Notes under the pieces: generated by a model
The model's database searches: none
Seen by the model: the letters and a program-made list of their open reading frames with translations, nothing else
Told to the model about the DNA's origin: nothing
Source: Minisyncoccota bacterium
GTDB taxonomy: Bacteria; Patescibacteriota; Minisyncoccia; UBA6257; 2-01-FULL-56-20
Reading direction: 5' to 3'
Length of the DNA stretch: 64,000 nucleotides
NCBI GenBank assembly: GCA_022843285.1
Contig: JALHNY010000001.1
Span: 15,128 to 79,127, forward strand
Shown here: in pieces, positions 35,718-44,178 of the stretch
Layout: the number at the start of each line of letters is the position of its first letter
Numbering within the stretch: the first letter of the stretch is position 1
Made by a program: the position numbers and the translations under genes

Positions 35718-37673
35718 GTGCTAGCATCATCACTGATGCAGTACTGGCAGGGCCTTAGCGTGAGCGCCGTCGCCTTCCTCCTGGGTGCGTTCATCCTGGC
35801 GCGCTGGCAGCGGGGGACCCGCCTGTTCGGACTCGTCGCGATCTCCTCTGGCGCGTACGTCCTGTCACTGACTCTGCTGCTTGCGACGCACCGCATGGTC
35901 TTCAGTCCGGCGGTCATTGCCAGCGGCGCGGCGCTCCTCGGGTTCGCGACACTGTTCGCCGTCAGCTACCTGCGTGGGCTGACCTGGCGCCACGCCCTCG
36001 CCGTGCTCCCGCTCCTCGCCGTGGCCGTGCTCGCGCCCACCGACCTCTTCGTCGCGGGCAGCTACGTGGACGAAGCTTCCGGGCGCCTCATGCCCGTTCA
36101 CGGAGTGGGCGCGCCAGCCATGGTGGCGCTGGTCTTCGGGTACTGCGTGGCAATATGGTCTTCTCTCTGGCGCGCGATTGGCCGCGCCAAGCGCGCCACG
36201 AGGGTGCAGGCGCGCATCGTCTTCCTGGCGTTCTCACTGCTCATCCTCAGCGTCCTCATCTGCAACGTGGCGCTCCCCGTCATCGGCTTGCCCGCGCTCA
36301 ACATGGTCACGGGCTTCGCCCTGCTCACGTTCCTCGGCCTCGTCGCCTACGCGCTCACCGCCGAGAACCTCTTTGACGTCCAGATGATCATGTACCGGAG
36401 CCTCAGCTACGGCTTCGTGCCAGTCTCGACGCTCCTCGCGGGCATCGCGGGGGTTGCCACCCTCAACTTCGCCGGGGCCGCTCCCAGCGCCGCTTCTGCC
36501 GTGGCTGCCGCGCTCGCCGGCGGGGTGCTGGGCGCCGCTTTCTCCCAGGCCGCGCTCCCGTCCAGCCGCACGTACTTCAAGAAGGTCCTGCACCCAGACC
36601 TGGTTTCCCCGGACCGCGTGCGCGAGCTCGTGGCCGACACGGTGGAGCCGCTCCGCGGCCTCGCCGAGCTCCACGCGGGCACCCGCTCCCTGCTCGTCCA
36701 CCTGTTCCGCCCCGAGCGCATCGAACTCCGCGCGGATCACGCCTCCGCGGCCAGAACGTGGACGCGCGCCGACGAGATGCACATCGAGGTCCCGGGTGCG
36801 GGTTCGTACGTGCTCCACGTCCGCAGGTCTGGCGAGCCGTACACGCGGGCGGACGCGCAGCTCGCCGAGGCGATCCTGCCACACCTCACCGCCGCCACGC
36901 AGCGCGCCCTCGAGCACGACCTGGTGGCAGGGCGCGCGAGGGAGCTGGCGCGCGAGGTCGCATCGCAGAGCGGGGAGATCCGCACCTTGCGGGAGGGGGA
37001 GCGGCGCCTGGTCGCCGACATCGCGCACGGACTCCAGACGCCGCTCGCGATTCTGCGCGCCGAGGTGGAGTCCACCTCTGACGTTCCCGAGGGGGTGCGG
37101 CGCCGCGTGACGCGCGCCGTTGACGACCTCGCCGAGCGGGTGCGGAGCCTGATCACGTACGCGCGGGCCGGCGTCCCCCTGCACGCGGAGCACCGCGAGC
37201 CCGTTCGCCTGGACCTGCTCCTCAGGAACTTGAGCGGCTACGTCAGCACCGTTGCCGCGGAGCGCGGGGTGGAGCTCGTGGTGGAGCAGATGGACGGCGC
37301 GGTGGTGGACGGCAGGCGGGCGGACTTGGAGACCATGCTCACGAACGTCCTCAGCAACGCGCTCGAGCACGCGGAGCGCGGGCAGGCTCCTCACAGAGTT
37401 TTCATCTCGCTCTCGCGCACCCTTGAGGGCTCGTACCTTACCGTTGCTGATACCGGGCCGGGCATGTCTGACCGTGACCGCGCCCGGGCGTTCGAGCCGC
37501 TGTACCGCGGGCGCACCACGCGCGCCGGATCTGGCATGGGTCTCGGTTTGGCAATTGCCAAGCAGGTTGCCACCGCGCACGGCGGCACGATCTCGCTCGG
37601 CACGGCGCCGGGCGGGGGACTGCTCGTAGAGATACTCCTGCCCGCACCCAACCACCAGCCACTCACACCATGA
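35718..37673 (+). CDS. Multi-TM sensor histidine kinase
   Basis: IAHGLQTPL H-box, NVLSNAL, DTGPG, GMGLGL. Confidence 0.88.
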   Translation: MLASSLMQYWQGLSVSAVAFLLGAFILARWQRGTRLFGLVAISSGAYVLSLTLLLATHRMVFSPAVIASGAALLGFATLFAVSYLRGLTWRHALAVLPLLAVAVLAPTDLFVAGSYVDEASGRLMPVHGVGAPAMVALVFGYCVAIWSSLWRAIGRAKRATRVQARIVFLAFSLLILSVLICNVALPVIGLPALNMVTGFALLTFLGLVAYALTAENLFDVQMIMYRSLSYGFVPVSTLLAGIAGVATLNFAGAAPSAASAVAAALAGGVLGAAFSQAALPSSRTYFKKVLHPDLVSPDRVRELVADTVEPLRGLAELHAGTRSLLVHLFRPERIELRADHASAARTWTRADEMHIEVPGAGSYVLHVRRSGEPYTRADAQLAEAILPHLTAATQRALEHDLVAGRARELAREVASQSGEIRTLREGERRLVADIAHGLQTPLAILRAEVESTSDVPEGVRRRVTRAVDDLAERVRSLITYARAGVPLHAEHREPVRLDLLLRNLSGYVSTVAAERGVELVVEQMDGAVVDGRRADLETMLTNVLSNALEHAERGQAPHRVFISLSRTLEGSYLTVADTGPGMSDRDRARAFEPLYRGRTTRAGSGMGLGLAIAKQVATAHGGTISLGTAPGGGLLVEILLPAPNHQPLTP

Positions 37674-38443
37674 CCCGAACGTACGCAACGTCACCCAGCG
37701 ATTTGATGCTCAACCACGCCCCGCAGCCGTACCGCATCGCGGTGCGAGACCTTCCGGCCGAGGAGCGCCCCCGGGAGAAGCTCATCGGGCGCGGACCGGA
37801 GACGCTCTCGATGGCGGAGCTGCTCGCCGTCATCTTCGGCGTGGGCACCCGCACGGAGGAGGTGCTCGCCATGAGCCACCGCCTGCTGCGCGAGTACGGC
37901 GAGCGCGCCGTAGCAGAGCAGCGTGACGCGCGCGTGCTCGCCGCAGCGGTGGGCGTGCCGCTGGGCAAGGCCGCGCAGCTCGTCGCCTGCTTCGAGATTG
38001 GCCGGCGGCTGTTCCAGGAGCCGGTGCGCGGGAGGCAGCAGGTGTTCCTCCGGACGGTGGAGCAGGTGGTGCAGTACGTCACCGAGATGCGCGACCTGCC
38101 CAAGGAGCAGCTGCGTGGCCTCTACCTGAACGCGCACTACGGCATCATCCACGAGGAGGTCATCTCCGTCGGGACGCTCACGGGCAGCCTCATCCACCCG
38201 CGCGAGGTGTTCCAGCCCGCGCTCGCGTACGGAGCTTCGGGCGTCATTCTCGTGCACAACCACCCCTCCGGCGTCGCCGTGCCGAGCGACGCGGACGTGT
38301 CCGTCACGGAGCAGCTCGTCGCCGCGGGCAAAATTCTCGGCGTGTCGCTGCTCGATCACGTCGTCGTGACGAAAACCTCATTCACCAGCATTCCAGCACC
38401 ATACGATGAACAATCAAAACAGGGAGTACACCCTGCCGGCTAG
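37670..38443 (+). CDS. radC: RadC/JAB-domain protein
   Basis: ERPREKL, HPREVF, HNHPSG, DHVVV. Confidence 0.95.
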   Translation: MTRTYATSPSDLMLNHAPQPYRIAVRDLPAEERPREKLIGRGPETLSMAELLAVIFGVGTRTEEVLAMSHRLLREYGERAVAEQRDARVLAAAVGVPLGKAAQLVACFEIGRRLFQEPVRGRQQVFLRTVEQVVQYVTEMRDLPKEQLRGLYLNAHYGIIHEEVISVGTLTGSLIHPREVFQPALAYGASGVILVHNHPSGVAVPSDADVSVTEQLVAAGKILGVSLLDHVVVTKTSFTSIPAPYDEQSKQGVHPAG

Positions 38444-38690
38444 CGCCGCGCAGACCGCCGACGGCTTCTTTGCACACTCGCTCTTCGTGCGGGACCACGC
38501 GTCGCCGCTCTCAGAGCAGCGGCTCCGGGAGCACCTCGACGCCGTCCGGGCCCGCCTCGTGGATCGCCTCGGCAGCCTCGTGGCCCGCCGCGCCGCGCCG
38601 ACCAGGCGCGAGGAGCGGGAGCTCCGCTTCATGCTCGACGAGCTCGTCGAGGCGCTCCACCGGCTCCAGGCGTTCGGTGGAGGGGAGTAG
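38406..38690 (+). CDS. Hypothetical protein
   Basis: 94-aa ORF with host-like codon usage filling the gap between radC and the AI-2E gene. Confidence 0.55.
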   Translation: MNNQNREYTLPASAAQTADGFFAHSLFVRDHASPLSEQRLREHLDAVRARLVDRLGSLVARRAAPTRREERELRFMLDELVEALHRLQAFGGGE

Positions 38691-38713
38691 CCATCCCGTG
38701 CTACCCTTACGCC

Positions 38714-39787
38714 ATGCCACAGGCGCACCGTGAAGCCCGGTTCCTGATTGCGGCGGTCGTCGCGGCCGGTATTCTCGCCGCCTTCGTCGCACTCCCGTAC
38801 CTCAACACGATCACCCTGGCGGTGGTCATTGGCATTATCTTCACGCCCGTGTACCACTGGTTCAAGCGGTACGTTCGCCGCGAGGGCCTCGCCGCGCTCG
38901 CCACGCTGACGCTGGCCGTCGTGGTGGTGGTCACGCCGCTCGCCTTCTTCACGTACCAGGCCGCGGGGGAAGCTGCCGGCCTGTACAACCGCGTGACCGC
39001 GGACCACACGGTGGGAGAGCTCGCCGCGTCGTCCGTTCCGCTCGCGGCCATCGCCAGGTACCTGCCGCCCTCCCTGCAGGATGCGATTCCCGCGAGCATT
39101 GACCTGAACCCCATCCTCCGGTCTGCCGGCGCGTGGATCGTCGACCGCATCGGATCCTTCTTCGGCGTGGTCACGAGCTTCACGCTGCACATATTCCTCC
39201 TGCTCGTCGGCATCTACTACGTCATCAAGGACGGCGGCCGCTTCGCCGACTACCTCATCAAGCTCGCGCCCATCGAGCCCGAGTACGAGGAGACGCTCTT
39301 CAAGAAGGTGCACGCCAGCGTGATTTCCGTGGTGCGCGGCTCGCTCATGCTCGCGGTCATACAGGGCGTGGTGGCCGGCCTCGGCTTCTTCGCGCTGGGC
39401 GTGCCGAACTCGGCGCTGTGGGGCGCCGCGACTGCCGTGGCGTCGCTCGTGCCCATCGTGGGCACCTCGCTCGTCATCGTCCCCGCCATTTTGTACCTGC
39501 TCGCGACGGGCTCGGTTCTGAACGCCGGCCTGCTCACGCTCTGGGGGCTCCTCATCGTCGGCACCGTGGACAACGTGCTGCGCGGCCAGCTCATGAAGAA
39601 GGGGATGGACATTCACCCGTTCCTCATCCTGCTCTCCGTCCTGGGCGGCCTCGAGTTCTTCGGCCCCATCGGGTTCATTTCCGGCCCGCTCCTCCTGGCC
39701 ATCCTCGTGGCTCTCCTGGACATCTACATGTCGTACCGGGACCGCTACGACCAGGCACTTGACGCCCCTGGTACACTGAAGCCATGA
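38714..39787 (+). CDS. AI-2E family transporter
   Basis: DNVLR, IHPFLILLSVLGG, FGPIGFISGP. Confidence 0.92.
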   Translation: MPQAHREARFLIAAVVAAGILAAFVALPYLNTITLAVVIGIIFTPVYHWFKRYVRREGLAALATLTLAVVVVVTPLAFFTYQAAGEAAGLYNRVTADHTVGELAASSVPLAAIARYLPPSLQDAIPASIDLNPILRSAGAWIVDRIGSFFGVVTSFTLHIFLLLVGIYYVIKDGGRFADYLIKLAPIEPEYEETLFKKVHASVISVVRGSLMLAVIQGVVAGLGFFALGVPNSALWGAATAVASLVPIVGTSLVIVPAILYLLATGSVLNAGLLTLWGLLIVGTVDNVLRGQLMKKGMDIHPFLILLSVLGGLEFFGPIGFISGPLLLAILVALLDIYMSYRDRYDQALDAPGTLKP

Positions 39788-40038
39788 AGAACGTCACCAT
39801 CTACACCACCAACACCTGCCACTTCTGCCACCTCGCCAAAGAGTTCTTCAAGGAGAAGGGGGTGACGTACACGGAGAAGAACGTCGAGAACGATCTCAAC
39901 GCGCAGCGCGAGATGATCGAGAAGACGGGCCAGTTCGGCGTGCCGGTGATTGAGCTCGACGAGCCCGGGCAGCAGCCCGTCTTCCTCATCGGCTTCGACC
40001 GCGAGGGCCTCACGACCCACCTCGGCATCCCCGCGTAA
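39784..40038 (+). CDS. Glutaredoxin (NrdH/YruB-like)
   Basis: YTTNTCHFC, GVPVI. Confidence 0.93.
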   Translation: MKNVTIYTTNTCHFCHLAKEFFKEKGVTYTEKNVENDLNAQREMIEKTGQFGVPVIELDEPGQQPVFLIGFDREGLTTHLGIPA

Positions 40039-40041
40039 ATC

Positions 40042-40374
40042 GTGGGCACGCTCCCCAGGGCGCGCGCTCTCACCTGGACCGCGCACAGCCGCGACAAGAT
40101 GCGCCAGTACCGCCTCTCCGAGGGGCGGGTTCGGCGCATCTTGCACTCGCCCCACCGCGTGGAAGAGGGCATCGCCGAGGGCACCGTCGCCATGATGCAG
40201 CAGAGCACGGGCAAGCACCCGTACGAGCTCTGGGTCATGGTCGTCGACAGCCCGAAGGAGCGGAAGGTCATTTCCGCGTGGCGCTACCCGGGCGTCACCA
40301 AGCCGCGGTCTCCGCTGCCGAGGGCCGTGCGCAGCGCCCTCGAGGACCTCATCGCCGAGGCCGGCCTCGCTTGA
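40042..40374 (+). CDS. Hypothetical protein, DUF4258/RelE-like fold suspected
   Basis: WTAHSRDKM...VISAWRYPG pattern. Confidence 0.65.
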   Translation: MGTLPRARALTWTAHSRDKMRQYRLSEGRVRRILHSPHRVEEGIAEGTVAMMQQSTGKHPYELWVMVVDSPKERKVISAWRYPGVTKPRSPLPRAVRSALEDLIAEAGLA

Positions 40375-40409
40375 CGTTCGCGCCGCCCACCACGGATAAT
40401 TTGCGGGCA

Positions 40410-40505
40410 ATGCTGCACAGCACGTACCGCTCCTGCCCGAAGCACCAGGCGATCGCCATCGCCTCCTTTGCCGTTCTCACGGTGCCCCGGGCAGGAGTTC
40501 TGTAG
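40410..40505 (+). CDS. Putative leader peptide (31 aa)
   Basis: Follows TTGACG-18-GATAAT; its 3' end can pair with the 5' arm of the downstream terminator. Confidence 0.5.
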   Translation: MLHSTYRSCPKHQAIAIASFAVLTVPRAGVL

Positions 40506-40524
40506 TTCACGTACGACGCACACA

Positions 40525-40560
40525 GAAACCCCCTGCCCAGCGCGGGGGGTTTCGTTTCGT
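40525..40560 (+). terminator. Attenuator-like terminator
   Basis: GAAACCCCCTGC/GCGGGGGGTTTC followed by GTTTCGT. Confidence 0.65.
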
Positions 40561-40641
40561 GGACTGGGGTCGCGCGCCGCGCTGCCCAGTCCGGGAAACC
40601 GGCTGGTCACCACCTTTGACAACTAAACACAGGAGCACGCG

Positions 40642-40854
40642 ATGAACGAAACGACAGACAACACGGCAGCTGCAACCGCGCAGCAGCCCACGACCGAGCA
40701 GATTGGCATTACCGAGGAAGAGGGAGACTTCGAATCTACGTTCGATGACCTCCACGACTCTGCCGCCAGTAACAAGAAGTTCCGCTTCAGCAGTGAGCGC
40801 AAAAAGCATTCCCGCCGCGGCGGGGACAGCTGGCACGCGCTCAGCAGGATGTAG
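40642..40854 (+). CDS. Small hypothetical protein (acidic N-terminus, basic C-terminus)
   Basis: 70 aa, AGGAG SD, hairpin plus T-tract at ~40867-40900. Confidence 0.65.
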   Translation: MNETTDNTAAATAQQPTTEQIGITEEEGDFESTFDDLHDSAASNKKFRFSSERKKHSRRGGDSWHALSRM

Positions 40855-40929
40855 CGGAACGGAGCCAAAAGAGGCGCGCCCCCGGCACGCCTTTTTTGTT
40901 ACCCGGTGCCCTGCTACCATACCCCGGCT

Positions 40930-41925
40930 ATGAAACTCAGCATTGGCATCGTGGGCCTCCCGAACGTCGGCAAGTCGACGCTCTTCAAGCATCTCACCGA
41001 GCAGGACATCGTCGTCGCCAACTACCCGTTCGCGACGATCGACCCGAACGTCGGCATCGTGTCCGTCCCCGACGAGCGCCTCGGTGCACTCGCGGCTGTC
41101 TCGAACTCCAAGAAGGTGGTGCCGGCAATCGTCGAGTTCTACGACATCGCGGGGCTCGTGAAGGGCGCGAGCGCGGGCGAGGGCCTCGGCAACCAGTTTC
41201 TGACCCACATCCGCGAGACCAACGCCATTGCCATGGTGCTGCGCGTGTTCTCGGACCCCAACGTCCTGCACGTCGAGGGAGACATCGACCCGGTGCGCGA
41301 CCTGGAGGTCATCGAAACGGAGCTCCTCCTCAAGGACCTCGAGACGGTGGCGAAGCGGCTCGGCTCCCTCGAGAAGGAGGCGAAGACCAACCTGCCTGGC
41401 GCGCGCGAGCAGCTGGCGGTGCTCGAGAAGGTGCACGCCGCGCTCGAGGCGGGGAACTGGACCGCCGAGTTCGCCGACGAGGAGGTCGTCCGCAACCTGC
41501 AGCTCCTGACCGCGAAGCCGCGCCTCTTCGTCATCAACGGCAGGGAGGAGGACGTGCCCGCTGAGCTCACCGCCGCGCTCGACGCGCGCGGGGGAGAGCG
41601 CACCGTGCTCGACCTCTCCGGCGCCCCCGACCTCGGCGCGCTCATCCGCTCCGCCTACAGGCTGCTCGGCCTCGCGAGCTTCTTCACCACCGGAGAAGAC
41701 GAGACGCGCGCCTGGACCATCCCGGGCGGCGCGAAGGCTCCCGAGGCTGCGGGCGCGATCCACTCCGACTTCGAGAAGAAGTTCATCCGCGCCGAGGTGG
41801 TCTCCGCCGCGGACCTGCTGGAGCAGGGGAGCTGGAGCAAGGCGAAGGCCAAGGGGCTGGTCCGCCTCGAGGGCAAGGACTACGTGGTGCAGGACGGGGA
41901 CGTGCTGGTGGTCCGCCACGGGTAG
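40930..41925 (+). CDS. ychF: Redox-regulated ATPase YchF
   Basis: GIVGLPNVGKSTLF, NYPFATIDPN, GEGLGNQFL, EGKDYVVQDGD. Confidence 0.97.
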   Translation: MKLSIGIVGLPNVGKSTLFKHLTEQDIVVANYPFATIDPNVGIVSVPDERLGALAAVSNSKKVVPAIVEFYDIAGLVKGASAGEGLGNQFLTHIRETNAIAMVLRVFSDPNVLHVEGDIDPVRDLEVIETELLLKDLETVAKRLGSLEKEAKTNLPGAREQLAVLEKVHAALEAGNWTAEFADEEVVRNLQLLTAKPRLFVINGREEDVPAELTAALDARGGERTVLDLSGAPDLGALIRSAYRLLGLASFFTTGEDETRAWTIPGGAKAPEAAGAIHSDFEKKFIRAEVVSAADLLEQGSWSKAKAKGLVRLEGKDYVVQDGDVLVVRHG

Positions 41926-41960
41926 TTGACTTTTCTCTTAAAATCAGGTAGTATGGGCAC

Positions 41961-42047
41961 CAGATGAGTTGCAGTTCAACGTTATTAATGTAGAACTACT
42001 CCATCTGCTTGGCACGACTGCCCCCGCAAGGGGGCAGTCGTGTTTTT
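41961..42047 (+). ncRNA. Putative small RNA 1
   Basis: TTGACT-17-TAGTAT promoter, hairpin body, strong terminator at 42012-42047. Confidence 0.55.
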
Positions 42048-42083
42048 ATGGTTCCCTGGGTACCGGTTTGGTACACTGGGAGC

Positions 42084-42215
42084 AGCTCGAAATCAGGAAC
42101 GTTCGGTGCGGGTGCGATCGCGAGCACTCATCTACTCCAAGCAGACGGAGGTCCACCCGTCGCACTCGCACCGAGGGTTTCTGCGGAGAGAGGCGCCACT
42201 TTGGCGCCTCTCTTT
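42084..42215 (+). ncRNA. Putative small RNA 2
   Basis: TG-TACACT -10, 15-bp stem 42103-42117/42160-42174, terminator 42186-42215. Confidence 0.5.
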
Positions 42216-42283
42216 GACTTAGCAGCAATTTATGACATAAGGTGGTCCTGCTCTTTAGTAATTTAATTTGCGAGGAAAACACT

Positions 42284-43324
42284 ATGAAACATGCAGCGTC
42301 GCCGGCACTCGCCAGCGACACCACGGCCTCCGTGCACCCCCTGGTGCTCGAGGCGATTGCACGGGAGAACGGCACCCGCCGCTCTTACGGAAATGACGAG
42401 GTCAGCGAGCGGACCCGCAAGAAGCTCGAGCAACTCTTCAACCGCTTCGCCCACGTGCTGTTCGTCCCGAGCGGCACCGGAGCGAACGTCCTGTCCGTCG
42501 GCACGCTCCTGCAGCGCACCGACTCTCTCCTGATTGCCCGCACGGGGCACATGCACGTGGACGAGTGCGCGACCGTCGAGGCTAACCTCGGCAACCGCCT
42601 CGTTGCGATCGCCACCCCCGACGGCAAGCTCACCCCCGAGCTACTCGACCTCGGGCTCGGCGACCCCACCATGCTGAACCGCCCGAAGCCGAGCGTCGTG
42701 TCCGTGACGCAGCCAACCGAGCTCGGCACCGTTTACACGAACACCGAACTCAGGGCGATCTCCGCGTGGTGCGAAGACCACGGGTGCGCGCTGCACGTCG
42801 ACGGCGCACGGTTCGCCAACGCGCTCGCGCACCTCGGCACCACACCCGAGCTCATGCTCGAGGGCGTGGACGTCAGCGCGCTGTCGCTCGGCTTCACCAA
42901 GAACGGGGGACTCAACGGCGACGTCGTGATGCTTCCGGGTCACGGGCGCACCGGGCACGATGAGGAGCGCATCAAGCGGACCCAGCTGCAGCTCATGCAG
43001 CTCCCCGCGAAAGCGTGGGCAATTGCCGCTGCGGTGGAGGCGCTGCTCGAGGACAACCTCTGGCTGGACCTCGCCGAGACCGCAAACCAGCGGGCGCGGG
43101 AGCTCAGGGCTGTCCTGTACGCGGGAGCCCGAGACCAGATCGGCGAGGTGCTGCCGGTCGAGACCAACGGCGTGTTCTTCACGGCATCGCCGAAGCTCGC
43201 CGCCGCCATTCGCAGCCACTACGACTGCTACTCGTGGCGCACGGAAGGTGAGCTCCGGCTCATGACTGCGCACGACACCCGAGCCGAGACCATTCAACAC
43301 CTCGGCAGCATCGTGCGCGCGTGA
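42284..43324 (+). CDS. ltaE: Low-specificity threonine aldolase (PLP-dependent)
   Basis: ASDT, GTGAN, TQPTELGTVY, HVDGARFANA, GFTKNG. Confidence 0.88.
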   Translation: MKHAASPALASDTTASVHPLVLEAIARENGTRRSYGNDEVSERTRKKLEQLFNRFAHVLFVPSGTGANVLSVGTLLQRTDSLLIARTGHMHVDECATVEANLGNRLVAIATPDGKLTPELLDLGLGDPTMLNRPKPSVVSVTQPTELGTVYTNTELRAISAWCEDHGCALHVDGARFANALAHLGTTPELMLEGVDVSALSLGFTKNGGLNGDVVMLPGHGRTGHDEERIKRTQLQLMQLPAKAWAIAAAVEALLEDNLWLDLAETANQRARELRAVLYAGARDQIGEVLPVETNGVFFTASPKLAAAIRSHYDCYSWRTEGELRLMTAHDTRAETIQHLGSIVRA

Positions 43325-43404
43325 CGTGCGAACTCGCGCAACAAACTAGAGCAGCTGCATTCGTGCGGCTGCTTCTTTTTGCAAAAACTTTTTTACTCGC
43401 GACG

Positions 43405-43413
43405 TTATCCACA
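43405..43413 (+). promoter_or_regulatory. Consensus DnaA box
   Basis: TTATCCACA in an AT-rich intergenic region. Confidence 0.45.
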
Positions 43414-43512
43414 ACGTTGCGCAACGTTCGTTTACTATACTTACTTACAAGAACGTACAACGTTCTCGTTAAGGTAAGTCGATTACTTAACGTCATTCAT
43501 TTAGTACTTCAC

Positions 43513-43716
43513 ATGGCAGCAAAGAGAGCTCGCAAGGCAGCCAAGAAGACGACCAAGAAGGTTGTCCGCAAGGCGGCAAAGAAGACGACGCGCAAGGTAG
43601 CCAAGAAGGCCACCAAGAAGGTTGCTCGTAAGAAGGTTGCTAAGAAGGCCACCAAGAAGGTAGCCAAGAAAGCAGCAAAGAAGACGACCAAGAAGGCAGC
43701 ACGCCGTCGCCGCTAG
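43513..43716 (+). CDS. Histone H1/Hc2-like Lys/Ala-rich protein
   Basis: 67 aa of KKA/KKT/KKV repeats; followed by a terminator at ~43736-43769. Confidence 0.8.
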   Translation: MAAKRARKAAKKTTKKVVRKAAKKTTRKVAKKATKKVARKKVAKKATKKVAKKAAKKTTKKAARRRR

Positions 43717-43806
43717 GCTTCACAGTACTCCACTTACACAAAACCCCCGAGAAATCGGGGGTTTTGTGTACTGCCCGGGGAAGCGGGCTTCTGGTAGCAT
43801 AGGGGC

Positions 43807-44142
43807 ATGCAGACGACCTTCCGCTACACGCACATTGACCACTCCGACGCCCTCGAGGAGCACGCCACCAGTAAGCTCGCCTCGGTGGCCCACCTCATTC
43901 CCGCCTACGAGAGAGACGGCGAGGCTCGCGCGGAGGTCGAGTTCGAGCGGACCACCGAGCACCACAAGAGCGGCGACATCTTCAAGGTGCGGGTCCGCCT
44001 CCACCTGCCGGTGGCCACGCTCGAGGCGGACGCGGTGGGGGACGACATCTACGCCACGGTGGATCGGGCGCGGGACACCCTCCACGGCAACGTCCAGCGC
44101 TTCAAGGAGCAGGACGTTGCGCGCCGCCACGCCGAGGAATAA
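43807..44142 (+). CDS. hpf: Ribosome hibernation factor (HPF/RaiA)
   Basis: SDALEEH, DIYATVD; upstream of secA. Confidence 0.85.
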   Translation: MQTTFRYTHIDHSDALEEHATSKLASVAHLIPAYERDGEARAEVEFERTTEHHKSGDIFKVRVRLHLPVATLEADAVGDDIYATVDRARDTLHGNVQRFKEQDVARRHAEE

Positions 44143-44178
44143 GCTCACCCGGCTACCCAGCCGGAAACAACCAACCAC

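Noticed and set aside
42084-42215. Unit 2 as SRP (4.5S) or 6S RNA
   Set aside because: It lacks the contiguous CAGG-N3-GNRA-N3-AGCA helix-8 motif and is shorter than typical 6S; kept as an unknown RNA.
41955-42283. Glycine riboswitch or T-box upstream of ltaE
   Set aside because: No glycine aptamer core (GGAGA...CCGAAG...CTCAGG) or T-box (GGTGGNACCGCG) consensus is seen in the right arrangement.
43325-43512. Replication origin
   Set aside because: Only one clear DnaA box and no dnaA/dnaN nearby.
43513-43716. CRISPR or DNA tandem repeat
   Set aside because: The repeats are short coding Lys-Lys-x units without spacers; no CRISPR array was seen anywhere in the window.
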